64,000 nucleotides of DNA, from NCBI GenBank assembly GCA_051362555.1, contig CM120640.1:11470001-11534000 (forward strand), given 5' to 3'. The stretch comes from Lingula anatina. Taxonomy: Eukaryota; Animalia; Brachiopoda. Below the pieces are notes generated by a model. It was not told the DNA's origin and did not search any database. It worked only from the letters and a program-made list of their open reading frames with translations. Below, one piece after another: positions 38,501 through 51,796 of the stretch (within the stretch, counting starts at the first letter, position 1; the number at the start of each line of letters is the position of its first letter). Made by a program: the position numbers and the translations under genes.

Positions 38501-38965
38501 AAAACCTTAGCTGTGTACATAAGTTTACAAAAAAAAAAAAAAAAGAAAAATTGTATGAGTGCCCCACCCCTCAAAAATAAAACCAAACACGATTCGCATC
38601 ATTTGAACATTTCCATGTATTTTTCATTCCTGGCGAATAATGTTTAATGATAATGATAAAAAATAACACGTTGTCATTTTCTCGAGCTACCATTCAAACC
38701 TGCTGGCTGGCTTGTAATACCAATAAAACGAAAAGGCCGTAAGCTGTCAGTGCTTGGAAGGTTAGGTGATATCGGAGCTGTTAGAAATAGATCTATGAAA
38801 TGATTCATTGCCTAAAGTTTACAAAATCATGCCTACCAATGGGATACCATCGTCACTTCCTAAATTTATGCTATTTAATTGATCGCTCGAAGGAGACAGG
38901 TCTTCAAAATCTTCGTCTCCGAACAGTTCTCTTTCAGCTGCTGCTGCACTAAGTGGATCAGCCAT
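30342..38965 (-). CDS. SNX30: PX-BAR sorting nexin, SNX7/SNX30 group
   Basis: 10 exons: 38965-38837, 37923-37749, 37417-37307, 37073-36912, 36692-36497, 36354-36224, 35069-34914, 34185-34081, 31247-31095, 30416-30342. PX motifs [44 protein letters not shown] and IPPLPEKH. BAR end [50 protein letters not shown]7 versus SNX30 cannot be resolved. Confidence 0.9.
30538..30906 (-). mobile_element. Short HINE family B copy in the last SNX intron
   Basis: The reverse complement has the same 5' end (TTTTATGTACAGACACAGATGTGTCTGTACATA plus GTC/GCC microsatellite) and 3' end (TGTCTGTACATTTGACAGCTTTGCTGCCTTGTTT) as the long copies at 44967 and 48223. Confidence 0.85.
31504..33636 (-). mobile_element. 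Degenerate ISL2EU-like (PIF/Harbinger clan) transposon with two convergent ORF remnants
   Basis: TIRs TA(A/G)CCTTTTTCATCTTTT(G/C)CGGAAAT flanked by AT. The minus strand from 33546 carries a broken THAP domain (MAGFTC...YNNSKRD..RFNKFP...W; [14 protein letters not shown]) and later [16 protein letters not shown]. The plus strand from 31594 reads LGVDDVQGA...[15 protein letters not shown] (SAP-like). Confidence 0.7.
35513..35565. repeat. (CA)n microsatellite
   Basis: About 26 CA units. Confidence 0.95.
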
Positions 38966-39420
38966 TTTTTAATGTCTACAATTTAAGCCGCTTGCAACAT
39001 AAAAATTTTGATACACTTTTATCACGTTTAAAGACTTATCAAATTTTATGGATGCACATACTTAATAATTCATTGTAATCACATACTTCTAGGTTGAGCA
39101 AACTTTAAAAAAAACCAACTCTTCCACTTTGTTTTAATTTAACCCAAGCGCCACATATCAATTCGCCAAGATGAGATTCAGGCAAAAATGCGAGAACTTT
39201 GAAATAAAGACATTAAAACACCATTTTTTGTACAGAATAACAATTAACAATTTGTATAAAATATTAAAATCAAAATTTTAATGTTATATGTGCAAATTAA
39301 TTCACATTTTTTTCTGAACTCTTCAAATTTCTGACCTCTCATCTCCCCCTAGTGACAAAACTAAGATCACGCTGTCGCCGCCCAAGTACCGTGTAAATAG
39401 CTTGTAGCTAGGTACTCAAC
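38966..39420. promoter_or_regulatory. Putative bidirectional promoter region for SNX and ELOVL
   Basis: The SNX ATG is at 38965 (-). A CpG-containing patch and a plausible donor CTAG|GTACTC near 39411 suggest a non-coding ELOVL first exon. The ELOVL ATG is preceded by a splice acceptor (TCCAG at 42725). Confidence 0.4.
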
Positions 39421-40146
39421 AGTGACAGGGAAAAGGTATGATATCCTTTGAATCTGAAAATTACTGTCATTAGTAAACTATGCTGTGTGTATATATATAT
39501 AAGCAAGTACTAAATGGTACAATTATGACATTTTTTCACCATGAACAGTCTGTGTACACATGTAGGCTACACATAATGGTAGTATACAGTACATGTACAT
39601 ATGTACATGTATACTCCATATAAAGGGTTTGGCTAACTGTTAGATAGATACCGGTACCGTAGGTGAGATATAGGCCTTATGTAATAATTGTTTGTATCAT
39701 TTTGCAAACTCAACATTTTTCTCTTATCTTAACTTACTACTCGTACTCTCAGTATATGTCAATTCTATCTATTAACCTACTACAGGGGTATATATAGTAC
39801 CTGTCCCTACCAGAACATTTATCATGACACGAATGTAAAAAATAGCGGCCGTGCCAGCATCACATAAAATACAGACATGGGGAGACTGCCAGTCTGACTG
39901 GTCATGACTGCCTGAAAAGCCAGAGGACCAGCAAGATGTTTGTTTATTTTGCAAAGTTTATTTGGAAATACAGTACATTAAAATAAACTACAGTGTATAC
40001 TTAAATTGACTTATGGACCTGTGCAAAATAAGACCTGCAGATTTCCAGTAAGGCAGGTCCTCTGAGCCTTCAGTACCTCCAAAGTTTTCCTCATGTCTGA
40101 AAATAGTGAAAACAGTTTGGCATTCTTTCGTCCAATTCTCTCTCAA

Positions 40147-40830
40147 TGTTTGAGTAATAGGCTCTCGACAGTCTATTTTGCATATAAGTCCTGATATATA
40201 TATATATACTGGGGTAGCGCTAGCAATTTTTATCGCTTAGCCAAATCACTGCTTTTTTGTCAATTTGTTATCAAAATGGTTATAATTTGACTAAAACAAG
40301 TCAAATCAAGCCCTTTTTCTTTAGCCAATTTAAGAAAGTTTTAGCATTTGGCTAAATTGGAGAGTGTTAGCGCTACCCCAGATATATATACATATATTTC
40401 TGTGAGAACCACTATGAATAAGGTATAATATATCTTCCAGTCATGCCACTGAAAAAAAATCATACTACTGGGGGAATGGCAAACCTGTTTGAGTAATAGG
40501 CTCTCGACAGTCTATTTTGCATATAAGTCCTGATATATATATATATATACTGGGGTAGCGCTAGCAATTTTTATCGCTTAGCCAAATCACTTCTTTTTTG
40601 TCAATTTGTTATCAAAATGGTTATAATTTGACTAAAACAAGTCAAATCAAGCCCTTTTTCTTTAGCCAATTTAAGAAAGTTTTAGCATTTGGCTAAATTG
40701 GAGAGTGTTAGCGCTACCCCAGATATATATACATATATTTCTGTGAAAACCACTATGAATAAGGTATAATATATCTTCCAGTCATGCCACTGAAAAAAAA
40801 TCATACTACTGGGGGAATGGCAAACCTGTT
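40147..40830. repeat. Near-identical ~340-bp tandem duplication; each unit carries a 173-bp MITE
   Basis: Units start at 40147 and 40486, with TGTT at all junctions. The MITEs at 40209-40381 and 40550-40722 have TIRs CTGGGGTAGCGCTA / TAGCGCTACCCCAG inside (TA)n. Confidence 0.9.
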
Positions 40831-40976
40831 AAAGATCATCCAAAGGATAGCGTTACCAATTTAAAACTTCCATTATACAGGATTCTGCAGAGCATTTCGT
40901 TTCTTGACAGATGAAATACTGTCTTGTTTGATTTACCAATAAATATAAACTATGTAACTTGAGGAGGTAAGAGGAG

Positions 40977-41143
40977 CAGGGGCGGATCCAGAGTTATTTT
41001 CTGACAGTCTTCCAAAATATCTTTGTTGATCCATCCTCATTTTTGATTGTCTTCCGACAGAAAAAGTTAAATATCCGTCTATGTAAACTTGAAAATCTGA
41101 CCGTCTTCCAAAAGACCCAGAAGACGGCCTAAATCCGCCCCTG
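40977..41143. mobile_element. MITE with a 5-bp TSD
   Basis: Termini CAGGGGCGGATCCAG / CTAAATCCGCCCCTG, with AGGAG on both sides. Confidence 0.7.
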
Positions 41144-42737
41144 AGGAGGGCCCCCCACCCCCAACCACAGAGGACACTTTAGTTGACAGTCATTTTACAC
41201 ATTTGCACCAGTGCTATATCTTGCTGGCATATCACCTCTATATTTCATTCATATATTGAAAACCATGAATATAGGAGCGCTAATGCAAGAAATTTTGTGC
41301 TAATATCTAGCTTTATCAAAAACATAAAATATGATTGCAAGAGCACATGGGATTTTATGTTATAAGGAAAGAAAATTGTACCAGTAAGAGGACTAGATAG
41401 ATAAGAGCAGTTAAGATATCATTGAATGTGTGTGTGATTGATGTGTGTGTGTGTGTGCATTTTGACATTAGTAATATCTAGGACACAATAAATTGTGTCC
41501 TGGGTAATATTAACCAGTTTTGCTGTTAAAACATATGCTTCTGAAAGCGAGTTGCAACAGAAGATTATGTGATTTTCTTATTAAGGTTACTTCTTGTTCT
41601 TAATATTGATAAATCCAATTAATTTATAGTCATTCCCTATTTTAGCATTCAGAACAAGTAATTCACAGACCTTACTCATATGTATTGTCATTTCTTCACT
41701 ACTGTAACAGTTGTCTTCCTAAAAGATCACCATATTTTATGTAATGTCTGACACAAAATGACCTTAGGTCAAGCATACATGCATGTACTTGTTGGATAGT
41801 GACTTATATTTATGATGGTTCAGAAGCACGCACATGGGTGTAAAGGTCAATATCATGTCAGTTTTATTCAGTTATTGTGTTCTTATAGAAATAACAATTT
41901 AATTCACTTCATACAACTGAAGCACATGTACTAGTACTAGTAGTTTTCTTTTTAGGGTCTACTGTTGTTTAAATAACAAGTTTTAACAGTTTCACTTAAT
42001 CAAGAGACATTTCTTGTTGTGATGCATTACAAAGATGACAACTGAGATGTATTGGTGATGCTTAGTTCAGCCATGAGGATAATATTAACTTGCATTGTAT
42101 TTAAAATCATGTGTTATATGAGTGGCTTGTGTGAACATAATATCACACTTCAGTAATGTTCACAGCATTGATTTCTCATGGAATTCTATTCACGTTTGCT
42201 TCATTGCTTTACTGTGAACTGGTTATTACATTTCATGGAAAACATGGGTGTTAAGTACTTGCATATGCATCTTTGCTAGCCTGTTTCTCTGCTAGCTGTA
42301 ACAGACTGACAGGCGTAGGATAATAGATTTTGATATCATTTATTTGCTCTAGAAAGCTAGCAGGATCAGTCATCGATGACCTCTCTGATAGGGTGTCTGT
42401 TAATTCACTCTGCTTGATATTACTAACACAAAAACAAATTTACATTTCCAGAGATCAGTTTCTAACTGACTGTACTCTGTTTTCTATTCCTCACTGGAAT
42501 CTCCCAAGGTTATGCAATATAGCTAAAGATGAAAATGACTAAACTCAAATGGCAATAATTTTTTTTTATGTTTACTTACCACAAGATGAAGCACTTAAGA
42601 TACATAACAGTGATTCTTAAAGCAAGAGATATTGAAGACAGTTAAGATACATTTATTTTCTTTACTACTTTTAGAGACCTTTGACACAATTAAACTGGGG
42701 CTGATTTAACTTTAATTAATTCCAGGAACTGTTTAAG

Positions 42738-45700
42738 ATGGCTTCTCTCAGTGAAATGGTTGTAACAGCTCAAAAAATGTATGATGACATCATGCAGAAA
42801 GGAGGTGAGACATGATGTATACCACAATATGATGTATATCATAGCATTTTAGCTTCAGTAACATCTGTGACACTTCTTTTTCTATCATAAATAGATACAG
42901 GTACATTCTTGGTGCGGTGCAAAATACTCCATTTACATGGATTTTAAGTTTATTATACTAGTTTATTTAATAAACATCAAAAACAATGTGTCAAAATGAT
43001 TTTCTGTATTCTCTCTTTTTGAATTTTGAGTGGTTCAAATAAATTAATTGCTTTGGCAATTTTGCACTTTTGAAATATTTTTTAAGTCCCACTGACATGT
43101 TAACTACCTTAATTTATTCATATAAATCATTGTGTCCAGATAATTTTTCCAGATCATTTTTGGCCATTGTCTATACTATCTAGTCATTATAAGCCCTTTA
43201 TTTGTAGTCTTCAGAATGGCTCATTTTAATGTAAAATATTGGCCCTTTTCACTATTTTTGCTTGCCATGATAATCTTTTGTTAATCACCTCTGTCTTATT
43301 TTCAGACCCCAGGGTAGCAAACTGGGCAATGATGTCAGCCCCATGGTCAAGTCTTTTCCTATGTATATTTTATGTTGTACTCGTCAAGCTAGGACCATGG
43401 TATATGAAGGACAAAAAGCCATTTGAACTGAGAAATGTTTTAGTTATATATAATCTGGCCATGGTAGCATTGTCAACATATACTTTTACTGAGGTATGAA
43501 AAGCAATGCCTTTTACCACATATTTTAGACAAAGTGTCTGTTGCTTGTTCAGAAATTGAAATTTTAAGACACTCCATATTTTTAAAAATATTTTTATGTA
43601 CAGATTCTGTTAAAATTGTGTCTGTTAAATTAAACAATTGGAATGATGTGTTTTGGGTTAAGTGTCTGTATATTTGCCAGTTTTGCTGTCTGGTTGGCAA
43701 TCACATTCAGAGTGATTTCCTTCTCAAACTATGTGCATAATGTGAGTACTTTGGCCTGCTTATTCGGGAATAACAATATTCTGCTTGCATCTCCCCTGTA
43801 TCAGTTCTGGATATGGAACTAATTTATCAAAATTTGTTTTCAGTTTTTATTATCTGGATGGTTAGCAGGGTATAGTTTGGGTTGTCAACCAGTAGACTAT
43901 TCTAATTCACCTCAAGCTCTAAGGGTAAGCATAATAAGTTATATTAAAACTTGTGAAAATATTTGTGACACTAGTCAGTTACCACCACTTCTTTATCAGT
44001 TCTGCAGTAAGAATGTGATAGGTAGTACAATGTAAAATGTTATCAGTACTCTTTTCCTACATTATACATTTTTGTTTCAGATGGCCAGTGTGTGCTGGTG
44101 GTTTTACATCTCTAAGTTCATTGAACTTTTTGATACGGTACGTTCATACGTTCGTATATCATTGATCAGACTTGTCTGACCTCCTGAATGATAATACTGA
44201 TTATCTGTAATAACTCTCATAATCAGGGGCCAGGAAATGTTAAATGAATGGGACAGTTAATTGAGCCCTCCATGCACCATTCCACAGTGTTGGCCAAAGG
44301 AATAAAAGATGACTCAACTAAATTAGTTATGTCTCTTCTATTATTAATTATAATTTTTTTCATTATTTCAGTTATTCTTTCTCTTACGTAAGAAGGACAA
44401 TCAAGTGACGTTCTTGCATGTTTTTCATCATGGAATTATGCCAGTTTCCTGGTGGTTTGGAGTAAAATTTGTACCAGGTGGGTGAATCAGCAAGTAAACT
44501 GTGTTACATGTATGTAACAGATTGCATCACTCATCAGAGTTGTAGATAAATGTAACCAGAATGTACAATATATGGCAAACATGGATCCATGTTTTATATG
44601 GCAGCTGGTTGGAAGGGATGATTTAAATCCATTGTATTCATATTTGAAAGAATTTTTTTCTATATTATTTGAATCACCCCAATGTGATGTGGTGTTAGAT
44701 ACATGTAAGGCAAGCCTTTTAATATTTTTTTTTGTTGCTGTGATTCCAGGTGGTTTTGGCACCTTCCATGCCACATTTAATTCCTTTATTCACATGGTAA
44801 TGTACTTTTACTATGGACTGTCTGCCATGGGACCTGCCTTTCACAAATATCTCTGGTGGAAAAAATACATGACCAAGTTGCAGATAGTAAGTAAAGAGCA
44901 GATGTATGATTTTTTTTTTTACAAAGTTCAGTCAAGAAATATAATAATAGTTCAGAAAGAGGCCACTTTTTATGTACAGACACAGATGTGTCTGTACATA
45001 TAGCCATCATCTGCGTCTGTCGTCGCCGTCGTCGCCGTCGTGCACTTTTACCGATAACACGATAAGTGGAAAACCATTTTACCTTTTGACTTGAAACTTG
45101 CAGAACTGATGAATATTCATAATACGCAGGTCAAGTTCGAAAATCAGCATGATCGGGTCACTTTTAGGGAATTTATGCTGTTTTTTCACTTTTTTCAGCA
45201 TATATGCAGCACCGATAACACGATAAGTGGAAAACCATTTTACCTTTTGACTTGAAACTTACAGAACTGATGAATATTCATAATACGCAGGTCAAGTTCG
45301 AAAATCAGCATGATCGGGTCACTTTTAGGGAATTTATGCTGTTTTTTCACTTTTTTCAGCATATATGCAGCACCGATAACACGATAAGTGGAAAACCATT
45401 TTACCTTTTGACTTGAAACTTACAGAACTGATGAATATTCATAATACGCAGGTCAAGTTCGAAAATCAGCATGATTGGGCCATTTTTAGGGAATTTATGC
45501 TGTTTTTTCACTATTTTCAATATAAATACAACACTGATAACACAATATAAGAAAAACGGATTGGCCAATTGTAATCATACTCACAGGAGTGGTCAATCTT
45601 ACTAAAACGCAGGTTGAGTTCAAAAAGCAGCATAATCAGGCCATTATTTTAGAAGTTATACTGTTTTTCACATTTCCTCAGATTCAATTATTAGGCATGT

Positions 45701-48700
45701 TAACAATCTCATTATTTAACAAAAAGATGCCTAAAAGTGTTTGTTTGATATTTCCTGCATCTTTACAACATTGTTAGTTGATTATGTAAAAAACATGGTA
45801 AACTTGTTATCATGTATTGTGTAATAAAGTGTCAAAAATGGAAATAAACTCATATCATTGCAGTTTGTCAGATTCAATCATCCACTATGTTCAGAATCTC
45901 AGAATGGAGGAAATTGGACATTTAACACTGTTCTATTGATACTTTTCTCATCTCATCAATTTTCTTAGTTGGTCATAAAAAAATGGCAGTAAAATGTTTA
46001 TTTTGTTTTATGTTTAAAAAAGTGTTAAAAATGGAAATAAACCCATGTCAGAACAGTGCTGTCTTGTTTCACATTTCCTCAGATTCAATTCTTAGGCATG
46101 TTAACAGTCTCATTATTTAACTAATAAGACATGTTAAAGTGTTTGGTTGACATTTCCTGTATCTTTACAAAATTATTAGTTGATTATGTAAAACTGATGG
46201 TAAACTTGTTATCATGTATTGTGTAATAAAGTTTCAAAAATGGAAATAAACTCATATCATTGCAGTTTGTCAGATGCAATCATTCACTATGTTTAGAATC
46301 TCAGAATGGAGGAAATTGGACATTTAACACTGTTGTATTTATATTTTTCCCATCTCATCAATTTTCTTAGTTGATCATATAAAGATGGCAATAACCTGTT
46401 AATTTTGTTTTATGTTAAAAAAATTGTTAAAAATGGAAAAAAAACATTTCAGAACAGTGCTGTCTTGTTTACATTTTGGCATTTTCAAGTTGTGACTTTG
46501 AAGTTCCATATGGGCCTGAAGACCTTTGCTAGTCACATTTTCTGAATATCCATGATACTAATATTTTATTATTAAAATTGATGGTCATTATGCTGTTAAA
46601 CATTATGTAATATTGCATCAAAATTTGAAAAAAAAAAACTATTTTGGGCACTGCTCCCATGATGACCATTTAAGAAAAACAATGTCACTTACTGTTCTCA
46701 AACAGTACAGTAAATATGTACAGATGTGTCTGTACATATTGCCATCACCTGTATCTGCCGTCGCCGCCGTCATTGTCACCGGCGCTGGCGCCGTGCACTT
46801 TCATTGTAAACATGATAAGTGGAAGGCAGTTTTACTTTTTGGCTGTATGTTTACAGAGCTGATGAATATTCATAAAACGCAGGTCAAGTTCGAAAATCAG
46901 CATGATCGGGCCATTTTAAGGGAAGTTATGCTGTTTTTTAACTTTTCAGCATATATGCAACACTGTAAACACATTTCAAGGAAAACTGATAGGCCTGTTG
47001 TCATGAAACTCACAGGAGTAATCGATCTTATTATAACGCAGGTCAGGTTCGAAAATCGGCATGATCGGGCCACTGTTTTAGTAGTTATGCTTTTTTCTTC
47101 ACTTTTCAGCATATATGCAACACAGTAAATACAATATAAGAAAAACAGATGGGCCAATTGTCATGAAACTCACAGGAGTGGTCATTCCTGCTAAAACGCA
47201 GGTTGAGTTCAAAAATCAGCTTAATCGGGCCATTATTTCAAAGAAATGCCGTTTTTTCACATTTCCTCAGATTCATTTCTTAGGCATGTTAACAGTTTCA
47301 TTATTTAATTAATAAGATACGTAAAAGTGTTTGTTTGGCATTTCCTGCATCTTTACAACATTATTAGTTGATTATGTAAAAATGATGGTAAACTTGTTAT
47401 CGTGTATTGTGTAATAAAGTTTCAAAAATGGAAATAAACTCATATCATTGCAGTTTGTCAGATTCAATCATTAAAATTTTGCATCAGAATTGACAGTAGC
47501 CTATTTTGTGCATAGTTATTTCCTGTTTTTTTGTCTGTACATTTGACAGCTTTGCTGCCTTGTTTTCTTTGCCTGCCTCCTCTCCATCCAACCTTGGACA
47601 ATCCCTTGGATGGAGGATGGACTTTGATAATCTTTTGTCTTATGTCATGTGTCCATACCGACATTTTCCTTGCTGTAATGTGTTCAGTTAGTCTTTTAAG
47701 ACACACTCCATGAAGTTTACCTGCCGAAATGGATTTTTCAAGGAAAAATCAACAATTTTTCTCATACCCATGAATCATTTATCTGTTTCTCTCTGCATTT
47801 GGATTCAGCCTTTGATAAAATTTATAAAGGTTGGTTTTAGCCTAAAATGACTGGCCAGAAATTTGTCAGGCATGTCCGACTGTCCGACGCCTTTCGTAAA
47901 GTCTGCATTTTAATGGAAGTTGACCTTATTCATTTTCAACAGTATTTGACACAGATTTGTTACTTTCTTCCAAAATCCATGAACAATGTTGGAGGTAAAA
48001 AAAGACTTTATTAATGTATACCCAAATCAGATAACACAGCACATGTCATATGATTTAGAAAAGGTTGTTTGTACCAGTACCTGTTTACTGTCCATCTGTC
48101 AGTTTTGTAACCCTCTGGGGTAAGGGGCTAGGGAATGCTTTATTATTAAATGTTGGTGATCATGTGAGGGCTCTAGGCATGGCAAAGGTCTTCCTAGTGC
48201 ACTCGGCAGTATTGTCCGCCCATTTTTATGTACAGACACAGATGTGTCTGTACATATTGCCATCACCTGCGTCTGTCGTCGCTGTCGTTGCCGTCGCCGG
48301 CGCCGTGCACTTTCCTTGTAAACACGATAAGTGGAAGGCAGTTTTACTTTTTGGCTTTATATTTACAGAGCTGATGAATATTGATAAAAGGCAGGTCAAG
48401 TTCGAAAATCAGCATGATCGGGCCATTATTGTAGAAATTATGCTGTTTTTTCACTTTTCAGCATATATGCAACACTGTAAACACATTTCAAGGAAAACCG
48501 TTAGGCCTGTTGTCATGAAACTCACAGGAGTAATTGATCTTACTAAAACGCACGTCAAGTTCGAAATCGGCATGTTTGGGCCACTATTTTAGTAGTTATG
48601 CTTTTTTTATCACTTTTCAGCATATATGCAACACTGTAAACACAATATAAGAAAAACAGACAGGCCAATTGTCATTAAACTCACAGGAGTGGTCAATCCT

Positions 48701-50413
48701 GCTAAAGCGCAGGTTGAGTTAAAAAATCAGCATAATCGGGCCATTATTTTAGAAGTTATGCTTTTTTTTCACATTTCCTCAGATTCAATTCTTAGGCATG
48801 TTAACAGTTTCATTATTTAATTAATAAGATACGTGAAAGTGTTTGTTTGACATTTCCTGCATCTTAACAACATTGTTAGTTGATTTTGTAAAAATGATGG
48901 TAAACTTGATATCGTGTATTGTGTAATAAAGTGTCAAAAATGGAAATAAACTCATATCACTGCAGTTTGTCAGATTCAATCATTCACTATGTTCAGAATC
49001 TCAGAATGGAAGAAATTGGACATTTAACACTGCTCTATTGATATTTTTCCCATCTTATCAATTTTCTTAGTTGATCATTAAAAAATGACAGTAAACTGTT
49101 AATTTTGTTTTATGTTAAAAATTGTTAAAAATGGGAAAAAAACATTTCAGAACAGTGCGGTCTTGTTTATATTTTGGCATTTTCAAGTTGTGACTTTGAA
49201 GTTCCATGGGCCTGAAGACCTTTGCTAGTCACATTTTCTGAATATCCATGATACTAATATTTTATTATTAAAAATTGATGGTCATTATGCTGTTAAACAT
49301 TATGTAATATTGCATCAAAATTTGAAAAATAACCTATTTTGGGCACTGCTCCCATGATGACCATTTACGAAAAACCATGTCACTTACTGTTCTCAAAAAG
49401 TATAGTAAATATGTACAGATGTGTCTGTACATATTGCCATCACCTACGTCTGTCATCGCCGTCGCTGTAAACGCGATAAGTGGAAGGCAGTTTTACTTTT
49501 TGGCTGTTTGGTAATTCTTACTGCCAGTTTAACAGTTTTTTTGTGAAAATTTAATTTTTCACATATTGGCATTTTCAAGGTGTGATTTTGAAGTTCCATG
49601 GGCTTGAAGACCCATGCTAGTCACATTTTCTGAAAATCCATGATACGTATGTTTTATTATTAAAAATTGACGGTCATTATGCTGTTAACCATTATGTAAT
49701 ATTGCATCAGAATAGAAGAAAACACAATTTTGGGTGCTGCTGCCATGATGGCCATTATGGGAAAACCGTGTTACTTATAATTGCCATACTTTCAAAAAAG
49801 AAATACAGGACTAAAATGCAGCCTGAGTTGGAAAAGCAGTCTAATTGGCTTCTTTTTCTGGAAGTTATACATTTTCAAAGTGTGAACTTGAACTCCCATG
49901 GGCCTGAAGCCTTATGCTTGTTACACATTTTACTTACATTGGTATTACATGTTGAGCATAATTAAAATTTGATGTTGAATTTGCAGTTTAACATAATGTA
50001 CTTTTGCATCAGAATTGACAGTAGCCTAGTTTGTGCATAGTTATTTCCTGTTTTTTGTCTGTACATTTGACAGCTTTGCTGCCTTGTTTCTTTTTTTTAT
50101 AGTATAAAATATTGCAAAAAGATTTTTTCTTTTCACAAAAGATTGAAAGTTAATGTTATTTGTTTTTGCCTTTCAGACACAGTTTGTTGTCGTCACCATC
50201 CACTCCTTCCAATTGTGCTTCATTGACTGTGACTACCCAATGCTGTTCACTTACTGGATAGCAGCTTATGCTGTCATCTTTCTGTGTCTTTTCTCAAATT
50301 TCTACATCCAAGCTTATAGACATGGCAAGCGCCACCCTCCTAGTGTTGCCAACAGATCAGAACAGAATGGGGTTTCCCACAGCACCAGGAAGAGCAATGG
50401 AAAGGACAACTGA
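42738..50413 (+). CDS. ELOVL7: Elongation of very long chain fatty acids protein, ELOVL1/7-like
   Basis: Exons 42738-42804, 43306-43493, 43844-43924, 44081-44137, 44372-44477, 44750-44886 and 50177-50413. Motifs [50 protein letters not shown] (HxxHH), [14 protein letters not shown] and YLWWKKYMT. Confidence 0.93.
44967..47566 (+). mobile_element. HINE family B composite copy in the last ELOVL intron
   Basis: Has the 5' subTIR/IR, about 3 tandem ~160-bp units (45050-45540), an internal duplicated block, a second head near 46716, and the 3' subTIR plus hairpin. Confidence 0.85.
48223..50089 (+). mobile_element. HINE family B second long copy in the last ELOVL intron
   Basis: Same termini as the 44967 copy, an internal second head near 49411, and high identity to 45500-47460. 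Confidence 0.85.
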
Positions 50414-51294
50414 GATCATGTTTATCTTGTAATTGTTAGGTGTTATTTTTGTAAGGACACCAGTGTGTGTTTTTGTTGGTCACAATTGTCAAACATATAC
50501 ATGTTTTGCTTAAATTGGATGTTTACTGTTAACTTGCAGATATATTGTTTTTAACTGATGCATACTCTGTTGTCTCTCCCATCATGACAAACCTGTAAAT
50601 TGTTGTTAAAGATAGACACTTGAAAATTAAACTGTGAAGGCTTTTGATGTGGAAAAGCTTCTGGTTAGGATGAATTTTATTGTACCAATTTTATCATTGC
50701 TCACAAATTGAATTGTAATTATTGACTTATACATGTACAGGTATATCATACATATATATGTAGACTAGCTGAAATTGTTGCAAGTGATTAATGATGATTA
50801 TTGTAGAATGAAGGGGTGTTTAATAACTTTGTTGTTGAATATATATATATATATATATAAGGTTACAGTGTTATACATACTAGTATATACTATTGTGCAG
50901 TAACTTTTTCCAAACAACATTTTTAGTTTGTTCAGTCCTTCATTTACTATGAAATAGCTGTACATGAATTAAGACTCCCCCCCCCCCCCCCCAATTAACT
51001 GAGCTATAGTTTTTGAACTGAATACCATGTTCAATGTGTGCTCATCTTATCTTGTTTGTTATGAAACACATAGAAGGCAAAATTTAGGCTCATTTTAGCT
51101 TGTTTTTGTTTGTTTGTGTAATTAAGAATATGTGTAAAAAGCCAAACTTGTTAAAGTCTATAGTCTGTGTTTGATTTCAGATGATTTTTTACAAGTGCTA
51201 TTTTGTTCTAATAAAATGCATCATACTGCTTCTTTCTGCTTGTTAAACTGGTCTGATATAGAAAAAGGAAGCTCTGAGCGGATACCTCTGTGGT

Positions 51295-51520
51295 CAGTAT
51301 TGCACTTCTGTTGCAGGATAAAGTGGGTTTAACCCTGGGGCACACCAGTCCTCGATGAGCAGTACTTGCCCTCTCCCTGCTTGGAACTCGGCCTTAAGGG
51401 GAAACGGGGATAAAGCTCTTGATATGGCAGTGAAAGATACTGTTTGTTTGCTAACTTTCAGTGCCTCATACAGCAGTTGGGCTATTTTCTCCCCAGGAAG
51501 TGAGAACCTTAACACCCAGT
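51295..51520 (+). mobile_element. Possible old SINE fragment (Deu/Nin-domain-like core)
   Basis: A GC-richer island ending GCAGTTGGGCTATTTTCTCCCCAGGAAGTGAGA, reminiscent of conserved SINE cores. Recognition is from memory only. Confidence 0.3.
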
Positions 51521-51732
51521 CTGTATCAGGACCAAAAATGGCCAGACATCATCATGTAAAGTAAACCACATTGAGACACGTGTGCAGTGCACAAAAAGTG
51601 GTCTTTCCTTTCACTTTACTTTTTTTAATTTTCACAGCCATGTCAAAATGGAGTTGTCAGGAGGCATGTATCTCAAAATGACAAGTCTAGAATTATACTG
51701 GCCAAAAGAAGTTTTAAAAAAAGTTCATTAGC

Positions 51733-51735
<3 letters not shown>

Positions 51736-51792
<57 letters not shown>
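51736..51792. repeat. (TA)n microsatellite
   Basis: About 28 TA units abutting the Penelope fragment. Confidence 0.95.

Positions 51793-51796
<4 letters not shown>

Noticed and set aside
46613-48820. 171-aa and 175-aa ORFs, with a similar ORF at 30690-30887, as a gene family
   Set aside because: They are chance open frames through HINE family B repeats lying in introns.
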